Shown: positions 47,064 to 56,842 of the stretch, in pieces
Position numbering within the stretch: position 1 is the first letter of the stretch
Layout: each line of letters opens with the position of its first letter
Assembly (NCBI GenBank): GCA_029778565.1
Contig: JAKOQC010000247.1
Coordinates: 1 to 59,561 of the forward strand
Direction: 5' to 3'
DNA length: 59,561 nucleotides
Origin: a bacterium
GTDB lineage: Bacteria > Patescibacteriota > Saccharimonadia > CAILAD01 > BJGX01
Program-made: the position numbers and the translations under genes
Notes under the pieces: generated by a model
The model's database searches: none
The model's input: the letters and a program-made list of their open reading frames with translations, nothing else
Told to the model about the DNA's origin: nothing

Positions 47064-47423
47064 AGTATCGGAGTACTTTCGACTAATAATTTGATATATC
47101 TTTCTCATAGGCCAGCTCACAATCCAAATTAGAAAGATGGGCCAACATAGTATAGCAGTAACGATTTTGGGCTGAGTATCTACACGGATGTTACTCCAGC
47201 CTCGAAAACCATAGCCCAATTTTCCTTTGCTTAGTGCGGTAATCAAGTAATAGATTGTACCGCCAAACAGCACAGAAACCACACGGGCCTCTAAAAAGAT
47301 AACACCTGTCAAAATAGAAAGAATAGTAAGAATACCTAAAAAGATAAGATAGGTTTTGACTATTTCGAATGCGAATTCACCAAATGGTGCATCTCTTCTA
47401 CTTATTCCTTCTTGAGTCTCCAT
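47049..47423 (-). CDS. hypothetical membrane protein
   Basis: 124 aa with 3-4 predicted TM helices. Confidence 0.6.
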   Translation of the reverse strand: METQEGISRRDAPFGEFAFEIVKTYLIFLGILTILSILTGVIFLEARVVSVLFGGTIYYLITALSKGKLGYGFRGWSNIRVDTQPKIVTAILCWPIFLIWIVSWPMRKIYQIISRKYSDTPDQQ

Positions 47424-47486
47424 GTGCCCTCCGTGGTAGAAGTCTCAAAACTAAAATATAATACCATAAATAATTCACAATTACAA

Positions 47487-47515
47487 TAAAAAATCCCGAT
47501 CATTGCCGATCGGGA
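47487..47515 (-). terminator. hairpin terminator (copy 2 of the repeated 21-mer)
   Basis: CCCGATCATTGCCGATCGGGA, 20 of 21 nt identical to 47044-47064. T-run on the minus strand. Confidence 0.6.
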
Positions 47516-47518
47516 TAG

Positions 47519-48130
47519 TTAGTAATAACCCCAGTGATTATAGGGTTTGTAAGAAAGAACAGAATCCCCAAGTCGAAAGTGTTCACCTTGGCTGTATTGT
47601 CTAGTTATAGGTAGAGCAGTAATACCTCTTTCGGCTGCCCATTCGAGGATGTCTTTAACATAACCAATACTGTATAGATCGATAAATTTCTCTTTTAACT
47701 TTTTTATCCAATTTGCTCTTACATCTAATTCAACCAGACTATCATAACCTCTGCGCAAGTTCATTTTGTCGCGACAGGTTTTACACTTTAAGTAGGTCTC
47801 TACGTAATGTTCATCACGCTCGTAGTAATGGTCGCCAGTTGTTCTGGTGCCAGTAAGAACAACACCCATTAACTCAGCCTCGGTTACTATATGGAATTTA
47901 TTGCTCGAGAATCTTTGCTCGCATAGACCAAGGCCTTCAGATATGAGGGCAGCAATAATCTGCTCGGCAATTGCCAGATTGTAGGCATTCACTGCTTCAC
48001 GTAGGTTATGTTCAGCCTTTTGGTGCCTCTTTTGGGCTTGTCGAACACCTTTATCGGTTTGCTTGGTTTTTACAAAACCAGTAATTATAGCCTGCATAGC
48101 TTGTTCTGGTGTTTTTGATCTATTCTTCAT
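47519..48130 (-). CDS. hypothetical protein
   Basis: 203 aa with a CKTC motif. ATGA overlap with the upstream gene. Confidence 0.6.
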   Translation of the reverse strand: MKNRSKTPEQAMQAIITGFVKTKQTDKGVRQAQKRHQKAEHNLREAVNAYNLAIAEQIIAALISEGLGLCEQRFSSNKFHIVTEAELMGVVLTGTRTTGDHYYERDEHYVETYLKCKTCRDKMNLRRGYDSLVELDVRANWIKKLKEKFIDLYSIGYVKDILEWAAERGITALPITRQYSQGEHFRLGDSVLSYKPYNHWGYY

Positions 48131-48603
48131 GAGCGCACCTCACAGAAGATGAAACTTTCGTCACGGTATTGTCTTTGCTCAAAACTTAACGATCGATCAA
48201 TATAATTTGTGATGATATGCTCACTTTTCAAGTCGCCAATAGCCATATCAAAGGCCAACGCACAAATACCTGCCTGCGTACATTCATCCAGTAGGCTACT
48301 CCGACTAAGTTCATCACTTTCCATATTAGTAGCTACTTTCGTGGCTAGTGAAGCAATAATCTGATACTTTGCCGCCTCAATAGAATTGAAAAACCGCAAT
48401 CGCTTCTTTTTACTAATAGACTGACAATTTTGCAGATGTGTTCTAAGAAGTAAAACCATACAGCCACAATGGCCACAAACAAACCAGTGTCTATAATCTA
48501 TATCGTAATCTTTAAACCCTAACTCTAGCCGGGCTTGTTTAACTTTTTCTAGATATGTTTCTTGTGGAGTTGGCACGTGCATCTCACTGTAATAGTGCCC
48601 CAT
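48127..48603 (-). CDS. hypothetical Cys/His-rich protein
   Basis: 158 aa. The CGHCGC...H..C cluster suggests a small zinc-binding module. AAGGAG RBS. Confidence 0.6.
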   Translation of the reverse strand: MGHYYSEMHVPTPQETYLEKVKQARLELGFKDYDIDYRHWFVCGHCGCMVLLLRTHLQNCQSISKKKRLRFFNSIEAAKYQIIASLATKVATNMESDELSRSSLLDECTQAGICALAFDMAIGDLKSEHIITNYIDRSLSFEQRQYRDESFIFCEVRS

Positions 48604-48707
48604 TACGTACTCCTTTGGTTGTTAAGGTACTTTTCCACATTATATTTACCTCAAAACTTTATCTAGTCTAGATATTTTTACTCAAAATTATTTACCCCAG
48701 CAACAAA

Positions 48708-48736
48708 TTGACTCAAATAATCTGTGGATATATAGT
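48708..48736 (+). promoter_or_regulatory. promoter of the Nudix gene, leaderless type
   Basis: TTGACT-N17-TATAGT. 8 nt to the ATG at 48745. Confidence 0.6.
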
Positions 48737-48744
48737 AATTAGTA

Positions 48745-49407
48745 ATGACACATCATATTCAAAAACAGATTCTTGCTAAATTAATTACCCATCCATATTT
48801 GCGTTTTAGTAAGCTAAAACCAAGCAATATAGAAAGTAACCACTTTATGTATCACCTTAAAGCTCTTATGCGCGAGGGTTTGGTAGTAAAAAATGATGAA
48901 GGATTGTATTTACTCAGCGCCGAAGGTAAACAGTTTGCTGATAACTTAAGCCTCGAGACGTACAAACCACGTAAGCAACCCAATATCGTTACACTTGTCA
49001 CTTGTCAGAACGAAAAAGGGCAATGGCTGGTATATAAACGAGCTCGCCAGCCGTTAATAAACCAAGTTGGGTTTGTATATGGCAAAGTGCACTTGGGTGA
49101 AACAATCTCAGAGGCTGCCCATAGAGAGTTAAAAGAAAAGACTGGTTTGCAATGCGAGCTTACTCACAAGGGTGATGGCTATATTACAATTTATGAGTCT
49201 GGCGAGCCGGTTAGCCAGATATTGTTTCATTTATTCTATGGTAAAAATCCATATGGAGAGATTAAGCCAACCAAAAAGCCTGGTATGGCCTCTTGGGCCT
49301 GGCAAGAAGAATTTGGCCACCCGCCGTACATGGCTAGCATGCCCGAGTTGGCACAACTAGCCAAAGAATCAACAGAGCGATTCTTTGTAGAACTTACCTA
49401 TAAATAA
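48745..49407 (+). CDS. Nudix hydrolase with an N-terminal winged-helix domain
   Basis: 220 aa. Nudix box GKVHLGETISEAAHRELKEKTGL. N-terminal MarR-like wHTH pattern. Confidence 0.8.
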   Translation: MTHHIQKQILAKLITHPYLRFSKLKPSNIESNHFMYHLKALMREGLVVKNDEGLYLLSAEGKQFADNLSLETYKPRKQPNIVTLVTCQNEKGQWLVYKRARQPLINQVGFVYGKVHLGETISEAAHRELKEKTGLQCELTHKGDGYITIYESGEPVSQILFHLFYGKNPYGEIKPTKKPGMASWAWQEEFGHPPYMASMPELAQLAKESTERFFVELTYK

Positions 49408-49428
49408 AAACCCCAACCTTAGTTGGGG
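49406..49428. terminator. hairpin between convergent genes
   Basis: AAAAA then CCCCAAC-CTTA-GTTGGGG. The stop codon of the minus-strand gene lies in the loop. Confidence 0.55.
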
Positions 49429-50000
49429 GTAGTAGTGAGCTTTTGGATAACAAACAGATCTCTGTAACGTGCAAACGTTACCTTTAGCTGATATTCTACC
49501 TCTTCAAACAACTTGTCCAGATTGAATGCACCTGGGCCATAGTGGGTAAGAAGCAGGTTGAGAATGGGGTAGGGAATGCTGGGCATCAGAGCGAATCTCT
49601 CCGCAGGAAACTCTACCATGTCTGCCGGGTTATGGTCGATCCAGAATGACCACTCTGCACAAATTACTTCTTCATTTCTTGCTGCCAGCCCGGGGGCAGT
49701 AATCATGCAAAGTGCAAACCAAAGGTCTTGTAAACTCTTGTCTGCATTTTCGAGCCGAGTATTGAGCTGATCTCTCAGCGGCTTTGTATGAAGGCGAAGA
49801 ATATGTTCGTAATTTACACCAAGCTCGGTGAGCTTTTCGAGAACAGGTTGAGATGTTTCTGGGTCGCTATCACCATTTGCCTCGGCAATTTGGTACAGTA
49901 CATCAATAATCGATTCAGCGGCAAAAACAGATTCAGGAAACTCATCTTTCTTGGCAATTTCGAGCAACCACGGGAGGGCTGCAACGAGTCTCTCATCCAT
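49419..50000 (-). CDS. hypothetical protein
   Basis: 193 aa, helical. No family recognised. Confidence 0.6.
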   Translation of the reverse strand: MDERLVAALPWLLEIAKKDEFPESVFAAESIIDVLYQIAEANGDSDPETSQPVLEKLTELGVNYEHILRLHTKPLRDQLNTRLENADKSLQDLWFALCMITAPGLAARNEEVICAEWSFWIDHNPADMVEFPAERFALMPSIPYPILNLLLTHYGPGAFNLDKLFEEVEYQLKVTFARYRDLFVIQKLTTTPN

Positions 50001-50035
50001 AACATTGCCTTTCGGGGGTGCGTTAAGACTATGTA

Positions 50036-50064
50036 AATATACACTTACTAGGTAAATTTGTCAA
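50036..50064 (-). promoter_or_regulatory. sigma70-type promoter of the 193-aa gene
   Basis: On the minus strand: TTGACA (50064-50059), N17, TATATT (50041-50036). Confidence 0.6.
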
Positions 50065-50081
50065 GAAAAAACGCCCTGGTG

Positions 50082-50321
50082 TTAACCAGAGCGAATATTA
50101 AGAATACAGTAGGTAATAATAGCTGTCGCAACACTCCAAAAAACAAACAATACCCCGAGTAGAGCATTTCTGTCACTCCTGCGTAGGTACTTGGCCATCT
50201 CGGCCGAGCTAGCCCCTTCATAATCGCTTGGTGATTTGCGCCAAGCGTAGATAAAGACAAACCCGATAGCAATTAGTACAGCAGCAAGAAGAAGTAAAAG
50301 GGTGTATCCGGCGTTCATCAC
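50082..50321 (-). CDS. small two-TM membrane protein
   Basis: 79 aa with two hydrophobic helices. GAGAGGTGAG RBS. Confidence 0.55.
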   Translation of the reverse strand: MMNAGYTLLLLLAAVLIAIGFVFIYAWRKSPSDYEGASSAEMAKYLRRSDRNALLGVLFVFWSVATAIITYCILNIRSG

Positions 50322-50442
50322 ATCTCACCTCTCAATTGGGCGGTAGGACTTTGGTACAACCTAAGACATTGTCAGATAAGACTAGATGAAATTCTACAAG
50401 CTTTAACTAGATGGTGTCAACCAATTGTTATACTCACAAATA

Positions 50443-50471
50443 TTGCCAGAGTGTATACAATCTGCTACAAT
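50443..50471 (+). promoter_or_regulatory. fusA promoter
   Basis: TTGCCA-N17-TACAAT. Confidence 0.6.
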
Positions 50472-50541
50472 TATTCAGAAATAGCCGTATTTGGCGCTTT
50501 TTTCATTTTGCAATAAATTAGAAGGAGAGAATACAAACCCC

Positions 50542-52668
50542 ATGGCGCGCGATTATAGTTTAGAAGACACCAGAAATATTGGTATTATTGCCCACATCGA
50601 TGCCGGTAAAACCACGGTAACCGAGGGCGTACTTTATCGTACTGGTAAGGTGCATAAAATTGGTGAAGTTCACGAAGGTGAAGCCACTATGGACTGGATG
50701 GAGCAAGAACGCGAACGCGGTATTACTATTACCTCTGCCGCTACTACGTGCTTCTGGAATAACAAGCGTATTAACATTATCGACACCCCTGGTCACATCG
50801 ACTTTACTGTAGAAGTAGAGCGCTCTTTACGTGTGCTTGATGGTGCCGTAACAGTGTTTGATGGCAAAATGGGTGTAGAGCCACAGTCAGAAACGGTTTG
50901 GCGTCAGGCTGACAAGTATGGCGTGCCACGAATTTGTTTTATTAATAAAATCAACTCTACAGGTGGTGATTTTTATAAATCTCTCGAAAGCATTCACGAA
51001 CGCCTTACCAAACATGCCTATCCTATACATTTACCAATTGGTTTCGAGCAAGAAATTCATGGCGTAGTTGACCTTGTTTCTATGAAGGCCTATACCTATA
51101 AAGACTATACCGACAAAGAACTTGTTGAGGGCGAAATTCCTGCCGATATGAAAGAAAAGGCTGAGAAATATCGTCAACACCTTATTGAAGCTGCTGTAGA
51201 AGCTGACGATGCCGTAATGGAAAAATATCTCGAAGGTACCGAGCTGAGCGAAGACGAAATAAAAAGCTGTATTCGCAAATCAGTATTGCAAGGTGATTTC
51301 TTTATTGTCTCAGGTGGTGATGGACGCGGCGTAATTGTCGAAAAACTCCTCGATATTATCACCGAGTACTTACCAAGTCCGCTCGATATTACTCCACCAC
51401 TAGCAATTGATAACAAGACAGGCGAAGAAAAGCTATTAGAAGTGAGCGATTCTGCACCATTTACCGCGCTAGCCTTTAAAATTGCCACCGACCCATTTGT
51501 AGGTAAATTGGCTTTCTTCCGTGTCTATTCTGGCTCGGTTAAAACCGGTAGTTATGTACTGAATAGTAGTACCGGCGAGAAAGAGCGCATTGGTCGTATT
51601 GTACGTATGCATGCTAACAATCGCGAAGAAGTAGACGAAGTATATGCCGGCGAAATTGCCGCAGCAGTTGGCTTAAAAGCCACTATTACTGGTAATACTC
51701 TATGCGACCCTGCTCATAACATGGTATTAGAAAGTATTACTTTTCCAGAACCAGTTATTAGTATTGCTATCGAGCCAAAGACCAAGGCCGACCAAGAAAA
51801 GATGAGTATTGCGCTTGGCCGTCTTGCCGAAGAAGACCCTACCTTTAGAGTGCATACCGACGAAGATAGTGGTCAGACCATTATTGACGGTATGGGCGAG
51901 CTTCACCTAGAAGTTATTGTCGATAGAATGAAGCGCGAGTTTAAGGTAGAAGCCAACGTTGGTCGACCACAAGTGGCCTTTAGGGAAACTATTAAAGGTA
52001 CTACTCAGGTAGAAGGTAAATTTGTTCGCCAAAGTGGTGGTCGTGGTCAGTTTGGTCATGTCTGGCTCGAGCTTAGCCCGCTCGTAAAAACCGATGATGA
52101 TGAAAAAGGTAAGATCTTTGAATTCGAAAATGCCATTGTTGGTGGTGTGGTACCAAAAGAATATATCAAGCCAGTAGAGCAGGGAATTATTGAGGCTATG
52201 AGTAATGGGGTTATTGCTGGTTATCCAGTAGTAGATATTCATGCCAAGCTCTACGACGGTAGTTATCACGAAGTAGATAGTAGTGAAGTTGCCTTTAAAA
52301 TTGCTGCTTCTATGGCTTTGCAAGAAGGGGTTAAGAAAGCCCAGCCAGTTATTATGGAACCAATAATGAAGGTAGAAATTACTACTCCAGAAGAATCAAT
52401 GGGTGATGTTATTGGCGATATTAACGCCAAGCGTGGCCGCATTGACGAAATGGAAGACCGCTCTGGCGCAAAGGTTATTCGCTGTTTTGTGCCACTTGCC
52501 GAAATGTTTGGCTATGCTACAAGTTTGCGCAGTCTTACTCAGGGTCGGGCCAGCTATGCTATGGAATTCGATCACTACGCTGAAGTGCCGGGTAACGTAG
52601 CCGAAGAGCTAAAAGGCAAATACACCGCCGCAAGAGAATCTGGCGACGCATCAACTCGCGCTAGCTAA
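50542..52668 (+). CDS. fusA: elongation factor G
   Basis: 708 aa from the ATG at 50542 (AAGGAGAG RBS). G1 motif AHIDAGKTT. The track ORF starts earlier at a TTG. Confidence 0.97.
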   Translation: MARDYSLEDTRNIGIIAHIDAGKTTVTEGVLYRTGKVHKIGEVHEGEATMDWMEQERERGITITSAATTCFWNNKRINIIDTPGHIDFTVEVERSLRVLDGAVTVFDGKMGVEPQSETVWRQADKYGVPRICFINKINSTGGDFYKSLESIHERLTKHAYPIHLPIGFEQEIHGVVDLVSMKAYTYKDYTDKELVEGEIPADMKEKAEKYRQHLIEAAVEADDAVMEKYLEGTELSEDEIKSCIRKSVLQGDFFIVSGGDGRGVIVEKLLDIITEYLPSPLDITPPLAIDNKTGEEKLLEVSDSAPFTALAFKIATDPFVGKLAFFRVYSGSVKTGSYVLNSSTGEKERIGRIVRMHANNREEVDEVYAGEIAAAVGLKATITGNTLCDPAHNMVLESITFPEPVISIAIEPKTKADQEKMSIALGRLAEEDPTFRVHTDEDSGQTIIDGMGELHLEVIVDRMKREFKVEANVGRPQVAFRETIKGTTQVEGKFVRQSGGRGQFGHVWLELSPLVKTDDDEKGKIFEFENAIVGGVVPKEYIKPVEQGIIEAMSNGVIAGYPVVDIHAKLYDGSYHEVDSSEVAFKIAASMALQEGVKKAQPVIMEPIMKVEITTPEESMGDVIGDINAKRGRIDEMEDRSGAKVIRCFVPLAEMFGYATSLRSLTQGRASYAMEFDHYAEVPGNVAEELKGKYTAARESGDASTRAS

Positions 52669-52683
52669 TATATTACTGTAGCC

Positions 52684-52712
52684 AAAAAAGACCCATTATC
52701 AGGGTCTTTTTT
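52684..52712 (+). terminator. rho-independent terminator after fusA
   Basis: AGACCC-loop-GGGTCT followed by TTTTT. Confidence 0.75.
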
Positions 52713-52831
52713 GGTTGTGCTTGTAAAAACAAAAAAACGGCGTATAGTAATTCTTGCCTTCCTGGGTTGGTGCAAGAAGCGGGCGGAGTAACCCGACGAA
52801 CAGCCACCGGCAAGAAAAAAAGGAGTCTCGC

Positions 52832-53104
52832 ATGAGCGATGAGCCGGATCAGGAAGCCAGGCAAGTTTCGGACGATGATTGGCGTTCTCGGCCACTAACA
52901 CGGCGAGAGAAGCCAGTACAGAAAGAGCCCGATCTGCCGGTAAAGTCAGCGCAAGAATTAGCTGACGAGCAGCGTAAAGTTCAATCTATTTTGCAAGCCA
53001 GCCAGCAAGCTGGTGTTGATCCAACTGTTCTTACTCAACATCTTGGTAAGGTGGTCGAGCATCTCTCTAAAGACGATTCGCAAGAGGATGCCCCGTCTGA
53101 ATAA
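52832..53104 (+). CDS. small acidic hypothetical protein
   Basis: 90 aa from the ATG after an AAGGAG RBS. GC-rich and predicted disordered/helical. Confidence 0.5.
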   Translation: MSDEPDQEARQVSDDDWRSRPLTRREKPVQKEPDLPVKSAQELADEQRKVQSILQASQQAGVDPTVLTQHLGKVVEHLSKDDSQEDAPSE

Positions 53105-53110
53105 CCATTC

Positions 53111-53139
53111 TCCTACCTGGCATAAGGTAGGATTTTTTT
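53111..53139 (+). terminator. rho-independent terminator
   Basis: TCCTACC-loop-GGTAGGA followed by TTTTTTT. Confidence 0.75.
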
Positions 53140-53202
53140 ATGAATTTTTGTCTTTATATGGTAGAATAATACCGTCCAAGACCTGCAATTCTAGGAGGCA
53201 GT

Positions 53203-53472
53203 ATGGACGACGGAATGTACCTCGAAGAAATCGTAGAGCGCCTAAAATATGCTGTATTTGTTATTGCTGTTGCATGTTTTGGCCTAGTAATTTCTGTGGG
53301 TATTATCGCTTGGTTAATTTCTGGAGATAGTACAATCCTTTTCCGTACAATTATGTTTTTCATCACTGGGTGCATTGTCGGTGTAAAGGGTTATTATATG
53401 TTCGATACCGAAGGTTCCTTTTCGGACGAGTCTGAAAGTGGCTCTGACGTTTGGACCGAAGATGAACTGTAG
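53203..53472 (+). CDS. small two-TM membrane protein with an acidic tail
   Basis: 89 aa. AGGAGG RBS. Confidence 0.55.
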   Translation: MDDGMYLEEIVERLKYAVFVIAVACFGLVISVGIIAWLISGDSTILFRTIMFFITGCIVGVKGYYMFDTEGSFSDESESGSDVWTEDEL

Positions 53473-53475
53473 TAT

Positions 53476-53503
53476 AGACCTTTGTTTATCAAGGGTCTTT
53501 TTT
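53476..53503 (+). terminator. rho-independent terminator
   Basis: AGACCTTT-loop-AAGGGTCT followed by TTTTT. Confidence 0.65.
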
Positions 53504-53516
53504 CATATAAAAACAC

Positions 53517-53545
53517 TTTACAAACCGAGAGAGATTAGCTATACT
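53517..53545 (+). promoter_or_regulatory. tuf promoter
   Basis: TTTACA-N17-TATACT. Confidence 0.6.
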
Positions 53546-53621
53546 AAATACAAGCTATTCCAAGGCGATTTTTTATTGTCTAAAATAATTTATTAATAAA
53601 TTAAGAAAATAAGGAGAAATA

Positions 53622-54803
53622 ATGGCAGATTTTAAGCGCGACAAACCACACGTTAATGTAGGTACTATGGGTCACGTTGACCACGGTAAAACTACCTTAA
53701 CTGCAGCTATTACGCACGTATTGGCAAAGAAATTACCAAGCGATGTAAACAAACCAATTAAGTACGACGAAATCGACAAGGCTCCAGAAGAAAAAGAACG
53801 CGGTATTACTATCGCTACTTCTCACCAAGAGTACGAAAGTGAAAAGCGTCACTATGCTCACGTTGATATGCCAGGTCACGCCGACTATGTTAAGAACATG
53901 ATTACCGGTGCTGCTCAGGTAGACGGTGCTATTTTGGTAGTAAGTGCTGCTGATGGTCCTATGCCACAAACCCGCGAGCACGTATTGCTTGCTAAGCAGG
54001 TTGGTGTACCAAAAATCTTAGTTTTCATGAACAAGATGGATATGGCCGACCCAGAACTTGCAGAACTCGTTGAAGTTGAAATTCGCGAACTCTTAGAAAA
54101 GTATGACTTCGACAAAGATGCTCCTATTGTTAAGGGTTCAGCTCTTAAGGCTTTAGAAGGTGATGCTGCATCAGAAGATGCTATTATGGAGCTTGTAAAA
54201 GCTATGGATGAATACATTCCAGAACCAAAGCGCGATCTTGACAAGCCATTCCTTATGCCAATCGAAGACGTTTTCTCTATTAAGGGTCGAGGTACCGTTG
54301 CTACCGGTCGTATCGAACAAGGTAAAGTAAATATTAACGACGAAGTAGAAATTGTTGGTATTAAAGACACTTCTAAAACCGTAGTAACTGGTGTAGAAAT
54401 GTTTAAGAAAATGCTCGACGAAGGTCAAGCTGGTGATAACGTAGGTATCTTGCTTCGTGGTATTGAACGCGATGATATTGAACGTGGTCAAGTACTTGCC
54501 AAACCAGGCAGTATTACTCCTCACACCGAGTTTGAATGTGAAGTGTATGTTCTTAAAAAAGAAGAAGGCGGACGTCACACTCCATTCTTTAAGGGCTACA
54601 AACCACAATTTTACTTCCGTACAACCGATGTTACTGGTGAAGTAGAACTTCCAGAAGGTACCGAAATGGTAATGCCTGGTGATAACATCTCTGTAAAAGT
54701 AAAACTTCTTGCTCCAATCGCTATGGAAGATGGTCTACGATTTGCTATTCGCGAAGGTGGTAAGACTGTTGGCGCTGGTGTTGTAACTAAGATTATCAAG
54801 TAG
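53622..54803 (+). CDS. tuf: elongation factor Tu
   Basis: 393 aa. [17 protein letters not shown] and NKMD motifs. Confidence 0.98.
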   Translation: MADFKRDKPHVNVGTMGHVDHGKTTLTAAITHVLAKKLPSDVNKPIKYDEIDKAPEEKERGITIATSHQEYESEKRHYAHVDMPGHADYVKNMITGAAQVDGAILVVSAADGPMPQTREHVLLAKQVGVPKILVFMNKMDMADPELAELVEVEIRELLEKYDFDKDAPIVKGSALKALEGDAASEDAIMELVKAMDEYIPEPKRDLDKPFLMPIEDVFSIKGRGTVATGRIEQGKVNINDEVEIVGIKDTSKTVVTGVEMFKKMLDEGQAGDNVGILLRGIERDDIERGQVLAKPGSITPHTEFECEVYVLKKEEGGRHTPFFKGYKPQFYFRTTDVTGEVELPEGTEMVMPGDNISVKVKLLAPIAMEDGLRFAIREGGKTVGAGVVTKIIK

Positions 54804-54818
54804 TAGAATACAAATACT

Positions 54819-55139
54819 ATGCCCGACGCACCAACCAAACAACGCATCCGCATTAAGCTAAAAGCTTATGATAATAAAGTAATGGACCAGTCGACAAAGC
54901 AAATTATCGACACCGCTATTCGTACGGGTGCGAATGTAGCCGGGCCTATTCCACTACCTACCGATAAGAAGAAGTACACTGTTAATAAGAGCCCACACAT
55001 CTATAAGACCTCACGAGAGCAGTTTGAAATGCGTACTCACAAACGTCTTATTGATATTACCGAGCCAACACCTAAGACAATTGATAACCTTATGAATCTT
55101 AGCTTGCCAGCCGGTGTAGACATTGAAATAAAGATGTAA
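54819..55139 (+). CDS. rpsJ: 30S ribosomal protein S10
   Basis: 106 aa. [10 protein letters not shown]...[19 protein letters not shown]. Confidence 0.96.
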   Translation: MPDAPTKQRIRIKLKAYDNKVMDQSTKQIIDTAIRTGANVAGPIPLPTDKKKYTVNKSPHIYKTSREQFEMRTHKRLIDITEPTPKTIDNLMNLSLPAGVDIEIKM

Positions 55140-55158
55140 TGTTGTTTGAGTACTCATC

Positions 55159-55184
55159 AAAAAACCCCTGTAGAGGGGTTTTTT
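55159..55184. terminator. bidirectional terminator after rpsJ
   Basis: AAAAAA then CCCCT-GTAG-AGGGG then TTTTTT. Confidence 0.75.
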
Positions 55185-55196
55185 GATCTGTTGAAC

Positions 55197-55586
55197 TTAT
55201 TCTGCTAGCTGCATAGCTGTTTCAAACAAAGTTTGCTTCAGCACTCTGTCAGCAATAAAAGCATTTGTTGATCGATGAAACTCAGCTCTATTATTTTTGA
55301 GTAAATGGTCATTGTCTCTACTACCTACAGCCGAATTATACTGATCCATAGCACGTACCATTTTTCCACATGCGACAATTCGATCGTTAGGGTCAGCAAT
55401 GTCAGCTAGGTATTTAGCAACGGGGTTTTCAACAAAGGCATTTTCTTTTTTAGCATATTCTTCATCAGTTTCTAGGAAGTCCAAGACAGTTTTTGCAGCC
55501 TCACTGTCATCTCCTTTTAATTCACTTGGATCAACGGCTGGTTTAAACTCATCTTTTGGTTCTCCACTTGGTACTGGTTCTGGCAT
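55197..55586 (-). CDS. hypothetical protein
   Basis: 129 aa with an AGGAGG RBS. Its own promoter, read on the minus strand, is TTGCTT-N16-TAAAAT. Confidence 0.6.
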   Translation of the reverse strand: MPEPVPSGEPKDEFKPAVDPSELKGDDSEAAKTVLDFLETDEEYAKKENAFVENPVAKYLADIADPNDRIVACGKMVRAMDQYNSAVGSRDNDHLLKNNRAEFHRSTNAFIADRVLKQTLFETAMQLAE

Positions 55587-55674
55587 AAATCCTCCTAAAT
55601 AATATTTACTACTTATTTTATCGGTTTATATAGAAAAAGCAACTTGAAGGTGTCTGTATTAAAATACCCCAGCG

Positions 55675-56154
55675 TTAGCTGGGGATTGGGGTTAAGTGCT
55701 CGACAATGTAGCGGTCGTTAAGACCAGCAGTAAAGAGTAAATTAGCAACTTTGTATGGGTCTTCATCTTTAATGTGAGCCATATCAATCTCGAGTGAGTA
55801 GGGTCGCAAAAAACTCGGTAGAGTGGGTCGTGCTAAGAAAGTAATTACTCGTTCAAGCAGTTCATCACTACTACATTCTGGCTCGCGAAATCGCGTTTCT
55901 GACATAGGAATACGAGGAGAGTGAAAATGCAAAATCTGATTGAATCTCCTCACCGCTCGAGGCGAAGAAAGCTCAATTAAAAATGGTTCTTCTTGCCATG
56001 TCCAATCACCCAAGCCACGTGTGGCGGCAATGGCCCAAGCGATTTCTGAGGTTCGTAAGCACTTCATTAACTGAATGTAGGTTACTTGATCAATTCTGCC
56101 AGTAATCACTTCGAGACGGCCAATATCTGGGTCGCTTGGAAAAGGATGATCCAT
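55675..56154 (-). CDS. hypothetical protein
   Basis: 159 aa from the ATG at 56154 (GAAAGG upstream). The track start at 56193 is a TTG only 9 nt from the -10 box. No family recognised. Confidence 0.55.
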   Translation of the reverse strand: MDHPFPSDPDIGRLEVITGRIDQVTYIQLMKCLRTSEIAWAIAATRGLGDWTWQEEPFLIELSSPRAVRRFNQILHFHSPRIPMSETRFREPECSSDELLERVITFLARPTLPSFLRPYSLEIDMAHIKDEDPYKVANLLFTAGLNDRYIVEHLTPIPS

Positions 56155-56202
56155 CTGGAATGACCTTTCTTGTCGGAGAGAATAGAGGTACAACGAAATA
56201 GG

Positions 56203-56231
56203 ATTGTACCAAGCAATAGGTGTATATGCAA
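56203..56231 (-). promoter_or_regulatory. sigma70-type promoter
   Basis: On the minus strand: TTGCAT (56231-56226), N17, TACAAT (56208-56203). Confidence 0.6.
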
Positions 56232-56245
56232 GTAGGCAGATATAA

Positions 56246-56277
56246 AGAAAAACCTCGTCTGCGGGTGGCAGACGAGG
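56246..56277 (-). terminator. rho-independent terminator of the 149-aa gene
   Basis: On the minus strand: CCTCGTCTGC-CACCC-GCAGACGAGG followed by TTTTTCTTT. Confidence 0.8.
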
Positions 56278-56316
56278 ATGTGTCGAGCTCCAATCTCGAC
56301 GGCGAACTTGAGGGGA

Positions 56317-56766
56317 TTATCCGCTACTACCGATGACCAGCCCAGACGGAGCGGTCTTTGCCTGCAGACGGCGATACAGCTCGGGAAGTTGCTTCTGAAA
56401 GAAGCTTCGCAACGAAGCTGCAGAACTGCCACTCAGGCGTCGTCTCTCGAGCTGTGTGGGTTCAAGACCGCGATAACGAGCGACCGAATCGAGAATGGCA
56501 GAGATCTGCCCTTCGACGAACTTCGTGTCGGGAACGACGGTCACAACGGTATTGCTAAGTCGAATAACCGTGATACCGTTGCGATCGAGGTACCCCTCGA
56601 TGGTATCGGTAAACCCGCTCTTGGTCTTTGGACAGACCGGCATGCTGATGAGCATTACCGTTCTGCGTTTCTTGGTTGAACCTGCTTTCTCTGTCGGGTA
56701 GAACATGGCATACTCAAGCACCATGTTTACCTGTTCTTCTGTTGGGGGCTTTTGAGATGGCGTCAC
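56317..56766 (-). CDS. hypothetical protein
   Basis: 149 aa with a GTG start 5 nt after GGGAGG. GC-rich. No family recognised. Confidence 0.6.
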   Translation of the reverse strand: MTPSQKPPTEEQVNMVLEYAMFYPTEKAGSTKKRRTVMLISMPVCPKTKSGFTDTIEGYLDRNGITVIRLSNTVVTVVPDTKFVEGQISAILDSVARYRGLEPTQLERRRLSGSSAASLRSFFQKQLPELYRRLQAKTAPSGLVIGSSG

Positions 56767-56842
56767 TCTTCCTCCCTCTATGCAAGTGAGTGACAGCGGA
56801 TGGGTAAATGTGCATCGTTGCGCCTTTGCAGCGATAGGTTTA

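Noticed and set aside
50048-50272. A 74-aa minus-strand ORF in an alternate frame to 50082..50321.
   Set aside because: It overlaps the better two-TM ORF, and its 3' end runs into the promoter of the downstream gene.
56090-56701. Multiple overlapping ORFs: 56090..56293(-), 56106..56432(-), 56278..56679(+), 56358..56558(+) and 56495..56701(+).
   Set aside because: They cross the strong terminator at 56246-56277 or lie antisense to the RBS-supported 56317..56766 gene. They are GC-rich frame artefacts.
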